From the NCBI GenBank assembly GCA_017475605.1, contig JAFVFD010000005.1:30001-62000 (forward strand): 32,000 nt of DNA, given 5' to 3'. The translations under genes and the position numbers were made by a program. The notes below the pieces were generated by a model. It was not told where the DNA came from. It made no database searches and was given only the letters and a program-made list of their open reading frames with translations. The number at the start of each line of letters is the position of its first letter. Within the stretch, counting starts at the first letter, position 1. Below, in pieces: positions 9,045-18,969 of the stretch. The stretch comes from Alphaproteobacteria bacterium (GTDB taxonomy: Bacteria; Pseudomonadota; Alphaproteobacteria; Rs-D84).

Positions 9045-9470
9045 ATGACAAACAAAGTATTAAATCATATTTTGGACATTGTCCACGCATGTCCAGATGT
9101 CTATTTAAGCACCATTAACGAAAACAAATATCCAGAAACGCGGCATTTAATGAACACTATGAATGAACGCGCAGAAAACCTGAACCTGCATTTTTTGACG
9201 GGCATTTATTCACCCAAGGCCGCACAAATCGCCAAAAATAACAAAGTGTGCCTTTACTATTATGATGACAAGGCGCATCGTGCGGTGCGTATTTTCGGCC
9301 GGCTTAAATTCGAAGACAACGTTGTAGAACGCGGTGCATATTGGAATGATGCATATAAAATGTTCGGATACACCGGACCAAATGATAAAAATTGGGGTCT
9401 GTTAACATTTATTCCGGACGGATACAAATTTTATGATGGTGGCGAATTAATAACGGAATCAATCAAATAA
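9045..9470 (+). CDS. Pyridoxamine 5'-phosphate oxidase-like FMN-binding split-barrel protein (general stress protein 26-like)
   Basis: Start at the ATG preceded by GGGGGGA. Size (141 aa) and pattern (VYLSTINENKYPETRHL ... VCLYYYD ... RIFGRLKF) resemble the PNPOx-like family. This is a weaker call made by eye. Confidence 0.5.
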   Translation: MTNKVLNHILDIVHACPDVYLSTINENKYPETRHLMNTMNERAENLNLHFLTGIYSPKAAQIAKNNKVCLYYYDDKAHRAVRIFGRLKFEDNVVERGAYWNDAYKMFGYTGPNDKNWGLLTFIPDGYKFYDGGELITESIK

Positions 9471-9497
9471 AAAAACGCCCAAACGGGCGTTTTTTTA
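9469..9497. terminator. Bidirectional terminator between convergent PNPOx-like gene and rubrerythrin
   Basis: Hairpin CGCCC-AAAC-GGGCG (9476-9489) is flanked by an A-run and a T-run. Confidence 0.8.
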
Positions 9498-10121
9498 TTC
9501 ATCAATATTTGTGTATTCACAGAAACCTTCGTTTGTATCACAACGTGTCGTAATACCTTCGGTGATGAAATAGCCCTGGGCGTGCAGGCATGCCGGGCAA
9601 ACCTTTGGTGCCTCGGTTCCGATGTGCCACATACCGCAATTTGTACAACGCCACATAACGATTTTATCCTGTTTGAACAATGTGCCGTTTTCAATTGCTT
9701 CGGCCAGCGCACGAAAACGTGATTCATGATAACGTTCCGCATATCCAATGTTTTTCAATATTTCTGCGATTGAATCAAAACCTTCCTGGGCGGCAATTTG
9801 CGCGAAACGCGGATACATATCAGTGTTTTCTTCGTGTTCGCCATATGCAGCCGCCTGCAAGTTTTCAAGTGTAGTGCCAATTTTACCGGCCGGGAAAGAT
9901 GCAGTTATTTCCAATGCGCCACCTTCCAAGAACTTGAACAAACGGGATGCGTGTTCTTTTTCCTGTTCTGCTGTTTCAAGGAATATTTTTCCGATTGCCT
10001 GGTAACCTTCATCCTTTGCTTTTGATGCAAAGAATGTATAGCGATTACGCGCCTGGGATTCGCCAGCAAATGCGATTAACAGGTTCTTTTCTGTTTGTGT
10101 GCCTTTCAAAGACAATGCCAT
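9495..10121 (-). CDS. rbr: Rubrerythrin (diiron four-helix bundle plus C-terminal rubredoxin-like domain)
   Basis: GTQTEKNLLIAFAGESQARNRYTFF ... EQEKEHA ... then CTNC-x12-CPAC. An extra 23-aa tail follows (ITEGITTRCDTNEGFCEYTNIDE). Confidence 0.88.
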   Translation of the reverse strand: MALSLKGTQTEKNLLIAFAGESQARNRYTFFASKAKDEGYQAIGKIFLETAEQEKEHASRLFKFLEGGALEITASFPAGKIGTTLENLQAAAYGEHEENTDMYPRFAQIAAQEGFDSIAEILKNIGYAERYHESRFRALAEAIENGTLFKQDKIVMWRCTNCGMWHIGTEAPKVCPACLHAQGYFITEGITTRCDTNEGFCEYTNIDE

Positions 10122-10188
10122 TTATGTTCTCCTTTTGCTTTTTATTAAATTCGATTAATTTTACCAGTCGTGCGCCCAAAAATCAAAA

Positions 10189-11674
<1,486 letters not shown>

Positions 11675-11707
11675 TTACTGCCTTTACGGGCATTATAACC
11701 AAAAACC

Positions 11708-11736
11708 TTGCAAATTCCAGTATAAAGATTTATAAT
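11708..11736 (+). promoter_or_regulatory. Candidate sigma70 promoter of ssrA
   Basis: TTGCAA (11708-11713), 17 nt spacer, TATAAT (11731-11736). It is divergent from obg. Confidence 0.6.
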
Positions 11737-11742
11737 AAATCT

Positions 11743-12058
11743 GCTGTGAAAACAGTGATGATTCTGAAACCGTTGTGCAATAATCATTTTGGACCCGGGG
11801 GCGGTACCCGGCACCTCCACCAATAATACATACGGGGGTGTTATAGCTTCGACAGATGACGAAAGACAAATTGGCTGAATCCGACGTGGTGTCGTAAAAA
11901 ACCGAATAAAAACTGAATGGCGATAGAATCGCTGCGAACGACAATGTTCGCCTTGCAATGGCTGCCTAATATGGCGTTTGAATATGGCTGGCAATCGTCG
12001 GTCATGTTCGTTTAAGCTTTTGCGGGGTCCGCTGGAACCTGGCACCAGAATCCAGCAC
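11743..12058 (+). ncRNA. ssrA: Two-piece (circularly permuted) tmRNA; ends approximate
   Basis: The acceptor piece ends with the T arm CCGGG-GGCGGTA-CCCGG, then CACCTCC-ACCA (to 11822). After an 11 nt spacer the coding piece starts with GGGGGTG (11834), which pairs with CACCTCC and gives a G3:U pair. This is followed by the tmRNA-typical TAGCTTCGACAG. The tag frame 11931-11969 encodes (A)ANDNVRLAMAA then stop. Confidence 0.85.
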
Positions 12059-12095
12059 ACAAAAATAAATATATAAATAAAAAAAGGAAACAGAT

Positions 12096-12329
12096 ATGTT
12101 TGGAAAAGTTAAAAAAGTGTTCTTTACCGGTGTTTTCGGTATTTTGTATGTTGGTTTTCTGGCACAATTGGTGTATATTTTGGGTTGGTCGGCATCTGTC
12201 CAGGAAATAATGTTTGGTCTGGCCGGCTTATCATTGGAATGGTTGATTTTGATTGCCGCGCGTTATTTATCTAAACGCAGCAGCGGTGCCGCACAATACA
12301 ACAACAATGGTGGTTTTCGCCGTCGTTAA
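12096..12329 (+). CDS. Small membrane protein, two predicted TM helices
   Basis: AAGGAAA lies 5 nt upstream of the ATG. There are two hydrophobic stretches (FFTGVFGILYVGFLAQLVYILGW and IMFGLAGLSLEWLILIAA). A terminator follows. Confidence 0.5.
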   Translation: MFGKVKKVFFTGVFGILYVGFLAQLVYILGWSASVQEIMFGLAGLSLEWLILIAARYLSKRSSGAAQYNNNGGFRRR

Positions 12330-12353
12330 TCGGTATCTGATTATAATTATATT

Positions 12354-12387
12354 AAAAAACCACCGCCCAATCGGGCGGTGTTTTTTT
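12354..12387. terminator. Bidirectional terminator between the small membrane-protein gene and ctpA
   Basis: Hairpin CACCGCCC-AATC-GGGCGGTG (12361-12380) is flanked by an A-run and a T-run. Confidence 0.8.
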
Positions 12388-13867
12388 ATTTCTTCTTGTT
12401 TTCAGACTTGGTATCTTTGTCTGTATCAGATTTTTTGTCGGCATCTGCCTTTTCCGCATCATCAGATGCAACCGCCGGCGCATCATCTGGGGTTGCCGGA
12501 ACAAAAGTCATACCGTCGCGCACACGCGCCATCGCAATCACCATATCTATACCGCGTTGTAATTGATAATCGCGCGCATCTTTTTCTTCATCGCTAAGAT
12601 TCAAAAAGTCTTCTTCTTCGTCATCATCATCTTTGTCAGATTTTTTAGAATCTTTGTCTTTGTTCTTTTTCTTGGCCGCATCATTTTTCAGCGAATTTTT
12701 GAATGATGCTTCGGAATAGGTACTTTCTTTCTTTTCTATCACTTCAACCTTGCTCTGTAATACCTCGACATCGGGGGTGATACCTTCGTTTTGGATAGAA
12801 CGACCCGACGGTGTATAATAACGCGCAATTGTAATATGAATTGCGGTTCCATCGCCCAGTGGCTTTTGTTGTTGAACACTGCCCTTGCCGAAACTTTGGG
12901 ATCCCATAACGATTGCGCGGTGATTATCCTGTAATGCACCTGCAACAATTTCAGATGCTGATGCGGAACCATGGTTAATAAGTACGACAATTGGTTTTCC
13001 ATTTATCATATCGCCCGGCTTCGCAAAGGCGCGTTCAATATCGGTTTTTGCCTTGCCGCGTGTGGAAACAATTTCACCACTTTCCAAAAACGCATCGGAA
13101 ACTTCTATTGCGGCAGTCAGATAGCCCCCCGGGTTATTGCGCACATCAATAATATATCCGACAACATCTTTCTTTTCCAGCGCCTTTAATGCATCGTGTA
13201 AATCACGTGTTGTGGTGGCACCAAAATCAGAAATACGAACATACCCGACACGTGGCGCATCTTCTTCGGCATCGGCAATTTGTAATTCCTTGTATTTAAC
13301 CGATTTCACCTTGATAATGTCGCGTTTAAGTGTGATATCGCGTGGTTCCGCGCCATCGGAAACAATGGTTAATTTAACCTTGGTTCCCGGGCGGCCCTTC
13401 ATTTTTTTGACGGCCTGATTCAATGTCAAATCGAACACTTGTTCCCCATCAATATGGGTGATATAGTCCCCTGCCTTGATACCAGCCTTGGCCGCGGGGG
13501 TATCGTCAATTGGGGAAATAACGCGCACCGCCCCCCTGTCAGACGTAATCTGAATCCCCAGACCCCCAAATTCGCCATGCGATTTATCATTAAATTCCTT
13601 GAAATCATCGGCGGACAAATATGATGAATGCGGGTCCAGTTCCGCCAACATACCGTTCATTGCCGCTTCCAGCATTTTCTTTTCGTCAACCTCTTCAACA
13701 AATTCATCGCGTGCGGTTTCAAACACCAATGCCAACTTTTTTAATTCATCATAAATCTGGGCATCGGTAAGGTGCACAATCGGTTCATCTTTCTTGTTTT
13801 TACCGGGTGCCGCAACCGCCATCATTGGCATTAAAACCGCCATCAACAAACAAACTTTTTTCAACAT
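12386..13867 (-). CDS. ctpA: Carboxy-terminal processing protease (S41 family) with PDZ domain and charged low-complexity tail
   Basis: Signal peptide, PDZ domain (GIKAGDYITHIDG) and S41 core (VVLINHGSASASEIVAGALQD...SFGKGSVQ). A K/D/E-rich C-terminal extension follows. Confidence 0.9.
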   Translation of the reverse strand: MLKKVCLLMAVLMPMMAVAAPGKNKKDEPIVHLTDAQIYDELKKLALVFETARDEFVEEVDEKKMLEAAMNGMLAELDPHSSYLSADDFKEFNDKSHGEFGGLGIQITSDRGAVRVISPIDDTPAAKAGIKAGDYITHIDGEQVFDLTLNQAVKKMKGRPGTKVKLTIVSDGAEPRDITLKRDIIKVKSVKYKELQIADAEEDAPRVGYVRISDFGATTTRDLHDALKALEKKDVVGYIIDVRNNPGGYLTAAIEVSDAFLESGEIVSTRGKAKTDIERAFAKPGDMINGKPIVVLINHGSASASEIVAGALQDNHRAIVMGSQSFGKGSVQQQKPLGDGTAIHITIARYYTPSGRSIQNEGITPDVEVLQSKVEVIEKKESTYSEASFKNSLKNDAAKKKNKDKDSKKSDKDDDDEEEDFLNLSDEEKDARDYQLQRGIDMVIAMARVRDGMTFVPATPDDAPAVASDDAEKADADKKSDTDKDTKSENKKK

Positions 13868-13967
13868 ACTTCGTTCCCTTTATATTCCCATGGGGCATCA
13901 TTAAACCACACCCATTAAAGATACACCAAAAACGCCCAATTCGCAACCCGATTTTTAACAAAAAATA

Positions 13968-13995
13968 TTGACAAATATTAATTATTGTCTATAAT
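13968..13995 (+). promoter_or_regulatory. Near-consensus sigma70 promoter of the Fic-like gene
   Basis: TTGACA (13968-13973), 16 nt spacer, TATAAT (13990-13995). The ATG at 14018 is preceded by AGGAAAA. Confidence 0.65.
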
Positions 13996-14017
13996 TATAT
14001 TGAACAAGCAGGAAAAA

Positions 14018-14752
14018 ATGGCAAAAACTTGTAAACAATTAAGATTACAGATTATGGCACACCAGCAAGAATTCTATCAAATTCTTGGGGCGCAGCATCA
14101 TATCAAACGCATAGAATCTTTTGTAAGTTATTTTTCCGACTGTTTCAGAACAGAAACCGCAAACCTTTATGTATGCGAAGTTCCAGACGAAGATCGCGAA
14201 TATGTTTTTGACTATGCAAAAACATTACCAAACGCACAAAACGCATTTAAATATGCGATGGGCACCCCAAAAAGTGCGCCCATAACATCGGACACACTGT
14301 ACGAAATTCATCGCCGCTTGGCACGCCATACCGATATTGTGGGTGGCGCATATCGTCAATTCGATGCGTTTACGATGAAACTGGGGGTACACGCACCGAC
14401 CTATGAAATTATGATTCAAAAACTGGATAACCTGCTGTTTCAAACAAATAATGACGAAATTGATGTGTTAACCCGCGCGATGAATGTACACTATGAACTT
14501 ATCGCACTACAACCGTTCGGCGACTATAACAAACGCGTTGCCCGCATTGTTGCTGATTCCATTTTGTTGAAAAACGGCCATCCACCATTTAGATTCGACA
14601 GAACAAACGACACCGAAGATTATTACAAGGCCCTGCGCGCGCGCGTTGAATGTGATGACAAAACATATGAAAAATATATGTTGGAAGATTTGAACTATTC
14701 GTGGAATAAATTGATTGCTATGGCAAAAAAATCAAGTTATAACCAATATTAA
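14018..14752 (+). CDS. Fic/DOC-fold protein with degenerate catalytic motif
   Basis: HYELIALQPFGDYNKRVARIVADSILLKNGHPPF aligns with the Fic core HxFx(D/E)GNGRxxR but reads QPFGDYNKRVAR (His to Gln, and both Gly residues lost). I chose the ATG at 14018 as the start. Confidence 0.7.
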   Translation: MAKTCKQLRLQIMAHQQEFYQILGAQHHIKRIESFVSYFSDCFRTETANLYVCEVPDEDREYVFDYAKTLPNAQNAFKYAMGTPKSAPITSDTLYEIHRRLARHTDIVGGAYRQFDAFTMKLGVHAPTYEIMIQKLDNLLFQTNNDEIDVLTRAMNVHYELIALQPFGDYNKRVARIVADSILLKNGHPPFRFDRTNDTEDYYKALRARVECDDKTYEKYMLEDLNYSWNKLIAMAKKSSYNQY

Positions 14753-15864
14753 TCATCATCGCGGAATAACCGCGCCGGATCGACAACTTGGTTTCCGCGG
14801 CGCACTTCCAGGTACATTTCCTGTTTATCGGCACTCATACGACCAACCGGTTCCCCTGCCAAAACTTCCTGTTCTGGCAAAACATCTGTCGACCCCAGGT
14901 TAGTCATCACCGTATTATATCCATTTTTATGCGACATAATTATAACGCGACCAAACCCGCGGAAATTATCAGCAAATTTAACAACACCATCGGCGGGGGC
15001 CATAACCAGCGCATCACCACGCGTACGGATGCGCCACCCATCAGACTTTAACCCCAATGCCGTTTTTTCACCAAACCTTACAACCACGCGCCCCCGCACC
15101 GGCAGGTTTAATTTACGGCGCGAAAAAGATGCGTCGCTTGACATCGCGGACGAACCAACCCCGGCGGACAGTTCAGAAATACTTTTTGCGCGCGCGGACA
15201 ATTCGCGTAATTTTTTCTGTAAACCGGCCTGTTCAGATTTTAATTTTTCATTTTGTGCCGAACGCGTGCGCAGCAATTTATCCAATTCGTTCCGTTCAGA
15301 TGTATACTTTTTCGCGGTACGATCCAATTTTTCTTTTTCGGTGGCACGTGCCGCGCGTGTGTGTTCCAGTTCTTTGACCATCGCATTGGCGTTTTCAATT
15401 TCATTTTCAAAAACATCGGATGCGCCGGTTAAAACAGATGCAGTCAAAACATAATCATGCATATTTTCAGAATCAAAACTGGGGTTCATCGCCACGAACA
15501 AAATAGATGCCGCGGAATCAGAAATACGCCCGCGGTTTTGTTCTATTTCGTGCGTAATAGAATCAATTTTTGTGTCCAATTCCGCAATTTTTTTTGCGAT
15601 TTCGGCACGTTGTGCTTCCAATGTGCTAACCTGGTCCGCGGTTTTTACTAATTTCTTTTTAGTCTTTTCAATATCGCGTTCACCAGACGCAACACGCATG
15701 GATAATTCCGCGTTTTTCTTTTCTGTTTGGGCAATCTGACTTTGTATTTTAGCCAAATCATCGGCCGCATGCGCCAACGGCACATTTACCCCCAACAAAG
15801 CCAATCCAAAAATCAAATGTGAAACTTTCATTTTCTGTGTTATAAGTTTATCAAAAACAGCCAT
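14749..15864 (-). CDS. envC: EnvC-like murein hydrolase activator (coiled coil plus degenerate LytM/M23 domain)
   Basis: Signal peptide, about 200 aa of coiled coil and a C-terminal M23 fold. The M23 fold lacks the HxH metal motif (MYLEVRRG where HLHFE is expected). An alternative start at 15831 (MKVSHLIF...) is possible. Confidence 0.8.
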   Translation of the reverse strand: MAVFDKLITQKMKVSHLIFGLALLGVNVPLAHAADDLAKIQSQIAQTEKKNAELSMRVASGERDIEKTKKKLVKTADQVSTLEAQRAEIAKKIAELDTKIDSITHEIEQNRGRISDSAASILFVAMNPSFDSENMHDYVLTASVLTGASDVFENEIENANAMVKELEHTRAARATEKEKLDRTAKKYTSERNELDKLLRTRSAQNEKLKSEQAGLQKKLRELSARAKSISELSAGVGSSAMSSDASFSRRKLNLPVRGRVVVRFGEKTALGLKSDGWRIRTRGDALVMAPADGVVKFADNFRGFGRVIIMSHKNGYNTVMTNLGSTDVLPEQEVLAGEPVGRMSADKQEMYLEVRRGNQVVDPARLFRDDD

Positions 15865-15885
15865 AAAAGCAAATAACGATTTTTA

Positions 15886-15914
15886 TTGTTTTTTCACCCT
15901 TTATAAAATATAAT
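15886..15914 (+). promoter_or_regulatory. Candidate promoter of the structured RNA
   Basis: TTGTTT (15886-15891), 17 nt spacer, TATAAT (15909-15914). Confidence 0.4.
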
Positions 15915-15920
15915 GCCCGT

Positions 15921-16095
15921 ATCAACGTGAGTTGCGTTGTGGAGTCTAAACACTCCTATTCAGACTGGGACAGAGATGTCCTTAAATATCTCCAACCTTG
16001 GTTGGAGTGCGCGAATATATTGAATAAGCGCGACAATTCAGTCTGATTGTGTTTAACTCCAACCGCTTGATTTTTTCGGGTGGTTTTATTTTTTC
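15921..16095 (+). ncRNA. Candidate structured RNA (sRNA or cis-acting leader), class not recognised
   Basis: Long closing helix GCGTTGTGGAGTCTAAACAC (15934-15953) with GTGTTTAACTCCAACCGC (16049-16066). Inner helix CAGACTG/CAGTCTG (15961-15967 with 16039-16045). It encloses the hairpins GGACA-gaga-TGTCC and CTCCAAC-cttg-GTTGGAG plus a GCGC stem. The 3' hairpin AACCGC...GTGGTT (with a G:U pair that exists only on the plus strand) is followed by TTTTATTTTTT. Confidence 0.35.
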
Positions 16096-16118
16096 TACAA
16101 CAATGGGAATAAAAGCCT

Positions 16119-16307
16119 ATGACGAATAAAACACGCAAATATATTTTGGAATATCAGCGCACACACCACCTGCCCGATTTCGCCATGTGTAATATTTTAT
16201 GTATTTATGAACCTGATTGGAATAAATATAAAAATGGGCGCGGCTTTACATTGACAACATTTAACAAAATAATGTTTATCGTCAATACGAATACACCGCT
16301 GCCCTGA
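16119..16307 (+). CDS. Small hypothetical protein, possibly an XRE-like helix-turn-helix
   Basis: 62 aa. Ends 2 nt before the convergent tyrS stop. The pattern HLPDFAMCNILCIYEPDWNKYKNGRGFTLTTFNKI loosely resembles an XRE HTH. The RBS is weak. Confidence 0.35.
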   Translation: MTNKTRKYILEYQRTHHLPDFAMCNILCIYEPDWNKYKNGRGFTLTTFNKIMFIVNTNTPLP

Positions 16308-16309
16308 AC

Positions 16310-17524
16310 TTATTTACAGATAACGCGCAAAAATACCTTTTTACCCTTTTGCACCATTATTTCAGATGCTGGCGCAATTTCCGATTTCGTATCTGTAATC
16401 TTTTTACCGTCTATCTGAATACCGCCCTGGACGACGTTACGACGTGCCTCGGACTTGGATGTGAACAACCCCGCTGCACAAAGGAAATCAACAATTCCCA
16501 TTGGTGCCGCCATTTCAATTTCAGCCGTTGGTGCATTGTCCATATTGCCCGCGCCACCGAACAGTGCCGCCGCCGCGCTTTCCGCCGCGCGTGCCGCATC
16601 CGTTCCATGTGCGATTTCGGTTGCCGCAAATGCCAAACGCTTTTTAACCTCGTTCAATTCTGCACCAGTTTTTTTCGACAATTCCGCAATTTCATACAGC
16701 GGGATTTCGGTAAATATCTTCAAAAACTTTTCCACCAAATCATCCGGTGTATTGCGGAAATATTGGTAATAATCATACGGCGATAATTTTTCTTCGTTAA
16801 CCCAAACGGCATTACCCGCCGATTTTCCAATTTTATTTCCATTCGCATCTGTGATAAGTGCGGTCGACAAAACAAAGGCTTCTTTTCCTAACTTTTTACG
16901 GATAAGTTCAATGCCCATAATCGCATTACCCCACTGGTCCGCACCACAAAGTTGTAATACGCAATTATATTTTTTATAAAGTGTCAGGAAATCAACCGCC
17001 TGGAAGGTCATATAGTTGAACTCTAAAAACGTCATTCCGTTTTCCAACCGGCGTTTAACACTTTCCATACTTAACATACGCGGCACCGTAAAATCGGTCC
17101 CGAATTGCGCCAAGAAATCCAGATGGCTGTAATTTTTCATCCAATCATAGTTATCAACAATTACCGCATCAGACGGACCATCACCAAAACGCAAAAACTT
17201 GGAATAAGATTTTTTAAGGCCCGCAATATTTTTTGCCAGTACTTCTTCGGTCATCATTGGGCGACCAGTATCACGACCAGACGGGTCCCCAATGCGCCCG
17301 GTTGCGCCACCAACCAACATGATTGGTTTATGTCCATATTTTTGCAACCAGCGCATCATCATCACCGGCACCAAATGCCCAACATGTAATGAATCCGCCG
17401 TCGGATCAGAACCCAAATATGCGCAAATTTTACCGTCATTCAACGCAGCATTAAGTCCATCCATATTAGATGTTTGGTTTATAAATCCGCGCTGTTCTAA
17501 TTCGTGTAATAATTCGTTTTGCAT
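16310..17524 (-). CDS. tyrS: Tyrosyl-tRNA synthetase
   Basis: HIGH motif (SLHVGHLV), KMSKS-type loop (KIGKSAGN) and a C-terminal S4-like domain (SKSEARRNVVQGGIQIDGKK). Confidence 0.93.
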   Translation of the reverse strand: MQNELLHELEQRGFINQTSNMDGLNAALNDGKICAYLGSDPTADSLHVGHLVPVMMMRWLQKYGHKPIMLVGGATGRIGDPSGRDTGRPMMTEEVLAKNIAGLKKSYSKFLRFGDGPSDAVIVDNYDWMKNYSHLDFLAQFGTDFTVPRMLSMESVKRRLENGMTFLEFNYMTFQAVDFLTLYKKYNCVLQLCGADQWGNAIMGIELIRKKLGKEAFVLSTALITDANGNKIGKSAGNAVWVNEEKLSPYDYYQYFRNTPDDLVEKFLKIFTEIPLYEIAELSKKTGAELNEVKKRLAFAATEIAHGTDAARAAESAAAALFGGAGNMDNAPTAEIEMAAPMGIVDFLCAAGLFTSKSEARRNVVQGGIQIDGKKITDTKSEIAPASEIMVQKGKKVFLRVICK

Positions 17525-17578
17525 ATTTGTATTCCTTTACCAAGATAATATCATGCTTTCGGGCAGACTTCAACCATT

Positions 17579-17971
17579 CTATCGTTGACGGCGCATGGTT
17601 GTCTTGATACCCAACAGCACCAGATTATGCGCAAACTTTTCTGTATTTGGGAAGATATGATTTGTATTGCGATAATGCATTACATTCATAACCGCACTGT
17701 TAAAACGCACCCGGTCAAAGAATTTGAAATCTTCGATAAACTTGAAAGATTCATCATAACGCATCGGCTGTCTTCCAACAAAATGCATATGTCCGTCCCA
17801 ACTGTACGCGACCGTTGTACCATTTTTATTTATATGTTCGGCCACGACCATATTGGGTTTAAGTGTTTTTGTACATTCTTGTGGAATGTATATCTTGAAC
17901 CCGTCAGTAAAGACCGCCAAATCATTACCGTCCGATTCCTGAATAATATTTTTTACTTTATGTGTCTTCAT
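17579..17971 (-). CDS. Hypothetical protein
   Basis: Start at the ATG preceded by AGGAAAA (MKTHKVKN...). 130 aa with no recognisable motif. Confidence 0.5.
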   Translation of the reverse strand: MKTHKVKNIIQESDGNDLAVFTDGFKIYIPQECTKTLKPNMVVAEHINKNGTTVAYSWDGHMHFVGRQPMRYDESFKFIEDFKFFDRVRFNSAVMNVMHYRNTNHIFPNTEKFAHNLVLLGIKTTMRRQR

Positions 17972-17987
17972 TTTTCCTGCCAACTAA

Positions 17988-18021
17988 TTAAAAATGTCCG
18001 GCGAGACACCCCACCGGACAT
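17988..18021 (-). terminator. Terminator after tsf
   Basis: Stem ATGTCCGG/CCGGACAT (17994-18001 with 18014-18021). On the minus strand it is followed by TTTTTAATT. Confidence 0.65.
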
Positions 18022-18041
18022 TATTTTACAATACAAAAATA

Positions 18042-18911
18042 TTATTTCAACATTTTTGCTACTTCGTCCGCCAGGTTGTCTTCGCGCTTTTCGATACCTT
18101 CGCCCAACACGAAATATGCGAAACCAGCCAACTTGCCACCGGCTTCTTCGATAACCTGTTTGACGGTCTTGGATGGGTCCATAACGAACGGCTGTTCTTC
18201 CAAAACAGATTCCGCATACCATTTGTTAATACGACCAGCAACCATCTTTTCAACGACCGCTTCTGGTTTGCCATTTGTCGCACCCGATTCAATAAAGACC
18301 TTCTTTTCGCGTTCAACTGCCTTTGGATCAACATCAGCAATTGTCATAAATTCAGGCTTGTTCGCGGCAATATGCATCGCGATTTTTGGTCCGATTTCAT
18401 CAATGTGTTCATTTCCACCATTGATTGCGACCGCGACACCAATTTGACCCATACCTGGGACCAATGCGTTGTGAATATATGAATAGACATGGTCGCCATT
18501 AACCTTTGCGATACGGCGCAGGTTCATATTTTCACCAATTGTTGCGATTGTTGCGGCAATATTATCTTTTACCGCGCTTAAAGTCGCATCAAAATCACCC
18601 GCTAATTCCATCGCCTTGTTTGCGACATCGGCGACTAATTTTTGGAACTTGTCGTTTTTCGCAACGAAGTCTGTTTCTGCGTTAACTTCGACAACACAGC
18701 CCATATTATCGCACTTTACAACGGTAACCAAGCCCGATGCGGCGACGCGGCTGGCCTTGGACGCAGCCTTGACAATACCTTTTTGGCGCAACCAATCGGC
18801 CGCGGCTTCGATATCGCCATTGTTTTCAACCAATGCTTTTTTACAGTCCATCATACCTGCGGATGTTTTTTCACGCAGTTCTTGAATTAATTTTGCTGTT
18901 ACTTCTGCCAT
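18042..18911 (-). CDS. tsf: Elongation factor Ts
   Basis: I moved the start to MAEVTAKLIQELREKTSAGMMDCKKAL (GGGGGAAA RBS). This is the typical UBA-like N-terminus of EF-Ts. Confidence 0.93.
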   Translation of the reverse strand: MAEVTAKLIQELREKTSAGMMDCKKALVENNGDIEAAADWLRQKGIVKAASKASRVAASGLVTVVKCDNMGCVVEVNAETDFVAKNDKFQKLVADVANKAMELAGDFDATLSAVKDNIAATIATIGENMNLRRIAKVNGDHVYSYIHNALVPGMGQIGVAVAINGGNEHIDEIGPKIAMHIAANKPEFMTIADVDPKAVEREKKVFIESGATNGKPEAVVEKMVAGRINKWYAESVLEEQPFVMDPSKTVKQVIEEAGGKLAGFAYFVLGEGIEKREDNLADEVAKMLK

Positions 18912-18969
18912 TGTTTCCCCCATATATATTTTTTGGTGGCGCACGAAACATACGCCACCCATGTATCAA

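Noticed and set aside
17585-18154. 189-aa plus-strand ORF.
   Set aside because: It is antisense to the 130-aa hypothetical gene and to the 3' end of tsf. It has an aromatic/Cys-rich shadow-frame composition and no RBS.
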